From assembly GCA_963718525.1 (NCBI GenBank), contig OY970355.1, positions 1,152,001 to 1,216,000 of the forward strand: a stretch of 64,000 nucleotides of DNA, in the 5' to 3' direction. Numbering within the stretch: the first letter of the stretch is position 1; every line of letters begins with the position of its first letter. The notes under the pieces are model-generated. The model saw only the letters and a program-made list of their open reading frames with translations. It did not search any database and had not been told where the DNA came from. The DNA comes from Candidatus Dormiibacterota bacterium (GTDB lineage: Bacteria; Chloroflexota; Dormibacteria; Aeolococcales; Aeolococcaceae). The translations under genes were made by a program, and so were the position numbers. Of this stretch, positions 59,023 through 64,000 are shown one piece after another.

Positions 59023-59777
59023 CCGACAGCGACGGGCCCGGCGCCTTGGCCGATCCCCTCGAGCCCCTGATCGATGGCCGCCGCGGTCACTGCAGCTGCA
59101 CGACGTGCCGCCTCTGCGAGCGGGGTGCCGCGCGCGAGCTCGGCGGCAAGCGTCGCCGAGTGCGTGCAGCCCGTACCGTGCGTCGCTGTCCCGCCCACCC
59201 AGACGACGGGGATCTCGAGGTACTCGATGCCGTCGAACAGGAGGTCTGAGCCTTCGCCCTCACCGCCGGTGATCACCACGGCGCGGGCGCCTCGAGCAAC
59301 GATTCGCGCGGCCAGCGCCCGGCGATCGCCGTCGCCGCCGGCCAGAACCCGAGCCTCCGCGAGATTCGGGGTCACCACGGTGGCGAGCGGCAGCAGCGAC
59401 TCGATCAGCACCTCAACCGCCTCGGGGTCGAGGAGCGACGCCCCGATGCTGGCTCGGATGACGGGGTCGACGACGAGCGGGGTCGGATGGCGTCCGAGGA
59501 ACTCGGCGACCGTGACGATGACATCCGCCGAGAGCAGGGCGCCGGTCTTTACGGCGTCGACGCCGATGTCGTCATACACGGCCTGGAGTTGCGCCGCGAT
59601 CACCCAGGTTGGCAGCGCGTAGGTCGCAACGATCTCTCGGGTGTTCTGTGCGGTGACACCGACAATCGCGGTCATCCCGTGACAGCCGGCGGCTGCAAAG
59701 GCCTTCAGGTCCGCCTGGATCCCGGCGCCACCGCCTGAATCCGAGGTGGCGATCGACAGGCAACGCGGTGGTGTCAC
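58983..59777 (-). CDS. thiD: Hydroxymethylpyrimidine/phosphomethylpyrimidine kinase
   Basis: [42 protein letters not shown]. Confidence 0.92.
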   Translation of the reverse strand: MTPPRCLSIATSDSGGGAGIQADLKAFAAAGCHGMTAIVGVTAQNTREIVATYALPTWVIAAQLQAVYDDIGVDAVKTGALLSADVIVTVAEFLGRHPTPLVVDPVIRASIGASLLDPEAVEVLIESLLPLATVVTPNLAEARVLAGGDGDRRALAARIVARGARAVVITGGEGEGSDLLFDGIEYLEIPVVWVGGTATHGTGCTHSATLAAELARGTPLAEAARRAAAVTAAAIDQGLEGIGQGAGPVAVGQASGASQRVRTR

Positions 59778-59808
59778 CCGCCCATCGTAGATGGAGCCGG
59801 CTGCCGGC

Positions 59809-61662
59809 TCAGCCCGCGGCCTGGCGTGCGGGCTCGGGGATGCGCGCGATCACCGGTGTCCGAGCGGTCTCGTCGAAGACCACGAAGCGGTTCTTGCCCT
59901 GACGCTTGGCGAGATACATTGCCATGTCGGCTCGGCGCATCAATTCCTCGGGTTCCGGAGCGTCGGCGGCATCCTCCACGACCGCAACGCCCACGCTCGC
60001 CCCGATCGTCACCATGGCGTCGCCCATGGGAATCGGCCGATGGAGAGTGTCGATGATGCGTTGGGCGACCACGGCCGCGTCGCTGAAATGGCGCATGCCG
60101 TCGAGGAGCATGCCGAACTCGTCGCCGCCGATGCGCGCGGCCAGGTCGAGCTTGCGGACCTGGACGCGGAGCCGCGCCGCGACGGCGCTGAGCACCCGAT
60201 CGCCGACGGCGTGCCCGAAGTTGTCGTTGATCTCCTTGAAGCCATCGAGGTCGATGAACATCACCGCGATCGGGCGCTGCGAGCTCGCCATTTGGGACAG
60301 CGACGTCGCGACCGTCTCGATGAAGAGCGACCGGTTCGCGATCTGGGTGAGCGGGTCGTAGAAAGCGCGGCGCGCGAGCTCAGCCTTCTCGACGGACATC
60401 GCCCTGATCGCCTCGGCGAGCTGACCGTTTTCGAGGGCGACGCTGATCAGACCGGCGACCGTGGTGAGCAGGCTCTCTTCGTGGGCTCCGAGCTTGACCC
60501 CACGTGCGGGATTGAGCAGCAGCAGCATGCCCTGGGGGCCCTCGAGTCCGCGGAGCACGACAACCGTGCCGGCTGTCGCAGCCCGTTCGGCGAGCGCAAG
60601 GCCGAGCGACTGGTCCCTCGCTAACGAACCGCTCAGGATGGCGGTGGAGCGCAGCTCGTTGAGCAGCTCCTGCTCGGCGAACGTCAGCTCGGATGTGGTC
60701 GCCTGGGCGCGCTCGTCATCGCCGCTCGAGTTGAAACGCACCGCCGGGCCGCGCACCTCAGGGATGACCACGAGCTCGGCGCGCTCAACGCCGAACATCT
60801 TCGTGATGCCGTTCAACAGCTCGTCGGCACGCTCGCTGACCTGACGAGCCGAGTGCAGGATCTCCGTGGTGCGATACAGGAACTCATTGCGGTCGGCGCG
60901 GCGATGACTTTCGCCGGCGGCGATCTGCCCTGCGAGCACGAGGAGCACGGGCGGAACCAGTGCAAATGCGAGCACCGGCTGGACCGTCAGGATCAGCACC
61001 GCCACGATCCCGAGCGACGCGTTCGTCGTGGTCGCGATCACCTGGAACAGATAGGCCCGCATCACCTCGCCGGCATTGAATCGGCCCTGGGCGATCGTGG
61101 TCCCGACGTTGAGCGCAATCGGATACACGAGCCACCCGGCGGCGATCATCGCCGCGGCGAACGCGACGATGCTGTGCACCGCGAGTGGCTGGTTGGCGAC
61201 CGGTCCCACCGCGTTGAAGACGAGGACGGCGACGCCGATGTAGACGACGTCCAGGGCGGCGTTGGCGAAATCCTTGACCCAGCGGATTCGCCGCTCCCGC
61301 GTCCAGCTGGCGAGCAGCACGCCGGCGACGTAGCAGCCGAGCAGCTGGTGCGGGTCGATGAGGAACAGGCCCATCGCAACGGGGATCTCCGTCAGCGAGA
61401 GCGTCGAGACCTCCCGATGGACGCGCACTCGGACGAACAGCAGGCTGGTCACATAGCACGTGGCCAGCTCAGCCCACCATGGAATCGCGCTCAGGGTCGT
61501 GATGCGCTGGACGTCGCGCAGCGGCAGCATCCACAGCGCAGCGCCGATGAGCCCGAGGCCGATCGAGAAGACGACAAGGCGTCGGGGACCGTTGAGGCGG
61601 CCGAAATGGGCGCGCGCTCGTGCGACGAGAACCGGTGGATGCGCCACCGTCATCTCGCTCAT
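59809..61662 (-). CDS. Membrane diguanylate cyclase (multi-TM sensor, GAF-like, GGDEF)
   Basis: DPLTQIANR, FIDLDGFKEINDNFGHAVGD, I-site RKLD five residues before GGDEF, ADMAMYLAK. Confidence 0.92.
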   Translation of the reverse strand: MSEMTVAHPPVLVARARAHFGRLNGPRRLVVFSIGLGLIGAALWMLPLRDVQRITTLSAIPWWAELATCYVTSLLFVRVRVHREVSTLSLTEIPVAMGLFLIDPHQLLGCYVAGVLLASWTRERRIRWVKDFANAALDVVYIGVAVLVFNAVGPVANQPLAVHSIVAFAAAMIAAGWLVYPIALNVGTTIAQGRFNAGEVMRAYLFQVIATTTNASLGIVAVLILTVQPVLAFALVPPVLLVLAGQIAAGESHRRADRNEFLYRTTEILHSARQVSERADELLNGITKMFGVERAELVVIPEVRGPAVRFNSSGDDERAQATTSELTFAEQELLNELRSTAILSGSLARDQSLGLALAERAATAGTVVVLRGLEGPQGMLLLLNPARGVKLGAHEESLLTTVAGLISVALENGQLAEAIRAMSVEKAELARRAFYDPLTQIANRSLFIETVATSLSQMASSQRPIAVMFIDLDGFKEINDNFGHAVGDRVLSAVAARLRVQVRKLDLAARIGGDEFGMLLDGMRHFSDAAVVAQRIIDTLHRPIPMGDAMVTIGASVGVAVVEDAADAPEPEELMRRADMAMYLAKRQGKNRFVVFDETARTPVIARIPEPARQAAG

Positions 61663-61878
61663 GTCACGTCACGACGCGGCTGTCCCCTGAACACTGTGCT
61701 GACCTCCTGTCACGTCCGCGATCAGCCCCCCATGACCGGCCGCTCGATTGTGTCGCGGCATCGCACCGCGGCCGTCCACGGGAGCGTCACAGCGTGGTAA
61801 CGAGACCGGAACAGCGCTGTCAGACCTGAATTGCCCATTGGCCGCGATCTGTCCCGTGCCGCGCCATAGCCTCGTGAC

Positions 61879-62355
61879 ATGACAATCACAGACGACCGTA
61901 CCCCGGTCCCCGCACCCAGCGCCGCGCCGCCATCCTACGTTCGCCGGCACCCGATACTCACGGCGTTCGGCGTGCTCTCCGGGCTCTCATTGTTCTCGGC
62001 GCTCTGGCCGGTGAGTGCAGTGGTGGTCGCCGTCGCGGTGGCGGGCCATGCGACCGGATTGGATCGCACGGCGCTGCGTCTCGTCGAGCGGCTCGCCACT
62101 CGAATCAGCGAGTCGGCATACCACCGCGATCACCCCGAACCGGCTCCCGCCCCACCTGTGCCGACGGCACCGGAGCCGGCTGCGCCTGCACCTTCAGCCC
62201 CTCGACGCGAGGCGCACACGCCAGCGGCGCCGTCACCGCAGCTGCGCCGGGGTCGTCATGCACAGACGCCCGCTGCACACCGACCGGTCAGGACCCGACG
62301 CCCCGCGACTCCCGAGCGCCACGCCGGCTCGAGGATGGACGGGCTCGGACTCTGA
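61879..62355 (+). CDS. Hypothetical membrane protein with Pro/Arg-rich tail
   Basis: YVRRHP plus a hydrophobic hairpin; TAGCCT 6 nt before the ATG. Confidence 0.55.
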   Translation: MTITDDRTPVPAPSAAPPSYVRRHPILTAFGVLSGLSLFSALWPVSAVVVAVAVAGHATGLDRTALRLVERLATRISESAYHRDHPEPAPAPPVPTAPEPAAPAPSAPRREAHTPAAPSPQLRRGRHAQTPAAHRPVRTRRPATPERHAGSRMDGLGL

Positions 62356-62367
62356 CCCGCGAATGAC

Positions 62368-63801
62368 TCACCCGAGACGGGCGCGCGCCGCACGCAGCCG
62401 TTGCAGCGTCGTGTCCTTTCCCAGAAACGCCATAGCCTCGATGACCGGCAATCCAGCGGGTGAGCCCAGGATGGCGATATACAGCACGCGGAAGGCGTCG
62501 CGAGGCTTGACGCCCGACCTCTCGGCCGCTCCGCGAAGCCGCTCGAGCATCGCGTCGTGGTTCTCGAGCAACCCCTCCTCGACGACCTCGATGCAGGCAT
62601 CGATCATCGCCATCGCGGTGGTGCGATCGATCTTCTTCGGAGGGAACTCGGCGGTCGGATCGATGCTGACCTCGCCGAGCAGCGGCGCGCAGAGTTGTGT
62701 CGCGTCGGCGAGGGTCACCATCCGATCGCGGAGCAGCGGCACCAACGCGCGTCGGGTCTCCTTGCTCGTACCAGGAAGGTGATACTCGAGCGCCTCGATC
62801 AGCTCGTCGACGCTCATGCGACGGATGTGGATTCCATTCAGGTCGTCGAGTCGCTTCGGGTCGAAGATGGCCGGCGCGGCGTTGACGCGGTCGAGGGTGA
62901 ACCGCTCGACCAACTCGTCGAGCGTGAACACCTCCTGTCCGTCGCCTGATGACCAGCCGAGGAGTGCGATCGTGTTGACGATCGCCGCGGGCAGGTAGCC
63001 GAGCTCGCCGTACTCGAGGACGTTGCGGGCCCCGCGACGCTTGCTGAGCTTTTGATGATCCGGCCCGAGCACCGCGGGAACGTGCGCGAATCGCGGGGCA
63101 TCCCAGCCGAACGCCGCATACAGCGCCAGGTGTTTCGGCGTCGATGGGATCCATTCGTCGGAGCGGATCACGTGGGTGATCTCCATGAGGTGATCGTCGA
63201 CGACGACGGCGAGGTGATACGTCGGAAACCCGTCGGACTTGAGCAGGACCTGGTCGTCGATGTCGGCGTTCTCGAAGCTCACGTGGCCGCGGACCAGGTC
63301 ATCCCACGCGGTGGTGCCATCCGGCATCCGGAGTCGCACCACGGCGGCCATCCCGTTGGCTCGCTCCAGCGCCACCTCCGCCTGCCGCGTGAGGCACCGG
63401 CGGTCGTAACGGGTCGCCTCCGAGCGTGCGCGTTGCGCGTCGCGCATGGCGGCGAGGCGTACCGGCGTGCACGTGCACCAGTAGGCGTGGCCGTTTTCGA
63501 CGAGCCTGTCCGCGTGCTCGCGGTACGTGGCGATCCGCAGCGACTGGATGTACGGGGCGTGCGGACCTTCGACCTCGGGTCCCTCATCCCAGGTGAGCCC
63601 CAGCCAGCTGAGGGTCTCGAGGATGAGCGCCTCGGTCCCGGGGATGTAGCGTTCCTGGTCGGTATCCTCGATCCGCAGGATGAAGTTGCCGCCGTCGTGC
63701 CGGGCGGCGAGCCACGCGAACAGGGCCGTGCGAACAGACCCGAAATGCAACGCGCCGGTTGGTGATGGCGCGAAACGGGTGCGAACCCGCGCGTCCGGCA
63801 C
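62368..63801 (-). CDS. gltX: Glutamyl-tRNA synthetase
   Basis: RTRFAPSPTGALHFG, LRIEDTD, YWCTC...YDRRC, PTYHLAVVVDDH, KLSKR, anticodon-binding C-terminal domain. Confidence 0.95.
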   Translation of the reverse strand: MPDARVRTRFAPSPTGALHFGSVRTALFAWLAARHDGGNFILRIEDTDQERYIPGTEALILETLSWLGLTWDEGPEVEGPHAPYIQSLRIATYREHADRLVENGHAYWCTCTPVRLAAMRDAQRARSEATRYDRRCLTRQAEVALERANGMAAVVRLRMPDGTTAWDDLVRGHVSFENADIDDQVLLKSDGFPTYHLAVVVDDHLMEITHVIRSDEWIPSTPKHLALYAAFGWDAPRFAHVPAVLGPDHQKLSKRRGARNVLEYGELGYLPAAIVNTIALLGWSSGDGQEVFTLDELVERFTLDRVNAAPAIFDPKRLDDLNGIHIRRMSVDELIEALEYHLPGTSKETRRALVPLLRDRMVTLADATQLCAPLLGEVSIDPTAEFPPKKIDRTTAMAMIDACIEVVEEGLLENHDAMLERLRGAAERSGVKPRDAFRVLYIAILGSPAGLPVIEAMAFLGKDTTLQRLRAARARLG

Positions 63802-63811
63802 TAGGACAAGC

Positions 63812-64000
63812 TCAGTGCGGCGCGAAGAGCACGAGCGTCAGGATCGTCCATGCGAGCAACCCGACGATGAGCATCGGCGCGTCGAGGTTCGAGACCACCA
63901 CCGACATCACTCGCGGCGATCCCCCGCCGCTCGGCGAGGTGGCGGCGTCACCGACTCGGACAACCCCGGGCGGCTTGCCGACGTCGGCCATCCCCCAGGG
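63812..64000 (-). CDS. 3' end of a hypothetical membrane protein (partial)
   Basis: Open frame ...PWGMADVGKPPG...LDAPMLIVGLLAWTILTLVLFAPH then stop, 10 bp before the gltX start. Confidence 0.5.
   Translation of the reverse strand, partial: PWGMADVGKPPGVVRVGDAATSPSGGGSPRVMSVVVSNLDAPMLIVGLLAWTILTLVLFAPH

Noticed and set aside
59778-59808. TPP riboswitch before thiD
   Set aside because: Only 31 bp of intergenic space and no CTGAGA motif; the start looks leaderless.

Overview
High-GC bacterial chromosome segment that is densely coding and mostly housekeeping or metabolic. Recognisable genes are ccr (partial), pckA, ilvE, a solo groEL with CIRCE, pxpABC, tRNA-Glu(CUC), argS, galU, coaE, a MoxR/DUF58/transglutaminase trio, clpB, yhhQ-queF, thiD and gltX. 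Gene style (groEL ending PPMPEY, many leaderless-looking starts, Pro/Thr-rich exported proteins) suggests a Terrabacteria soil lineage such as Dormibacterota or Chloroflexota; this is inference only. I saw no integrase, transposase, prophage, CRISPR array or rRNA. The most notable candidates are: (1) a three-gene operon encoding a membrane protein, a Rad50-like zinc-hook ATPase with an RloC-like C-terminal HEPN signature, and a second stand-alone HEPN-like protein, with no SbcD partner (9808-13128); (2) an operon of a pseudo-response regulator, an intact receiver protein and a kinase-like protein without a recognisable H-box, with five CGGACA repeats upstream (51497-54231); (3) a structured leader of about 170 nt that sequesters the RBS and start codon of an NRAMP-family (NRMT-like) transporter lying next to a cytosolic-only MgtE-like protein (54269-57392); (4) a 29-bp stem closing a branched loop after queF; (5) a degenerate ECF sigma with a very large zinc anti-sigma. 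All calls come from reading motifs by eye; no searches or folding programs were run.
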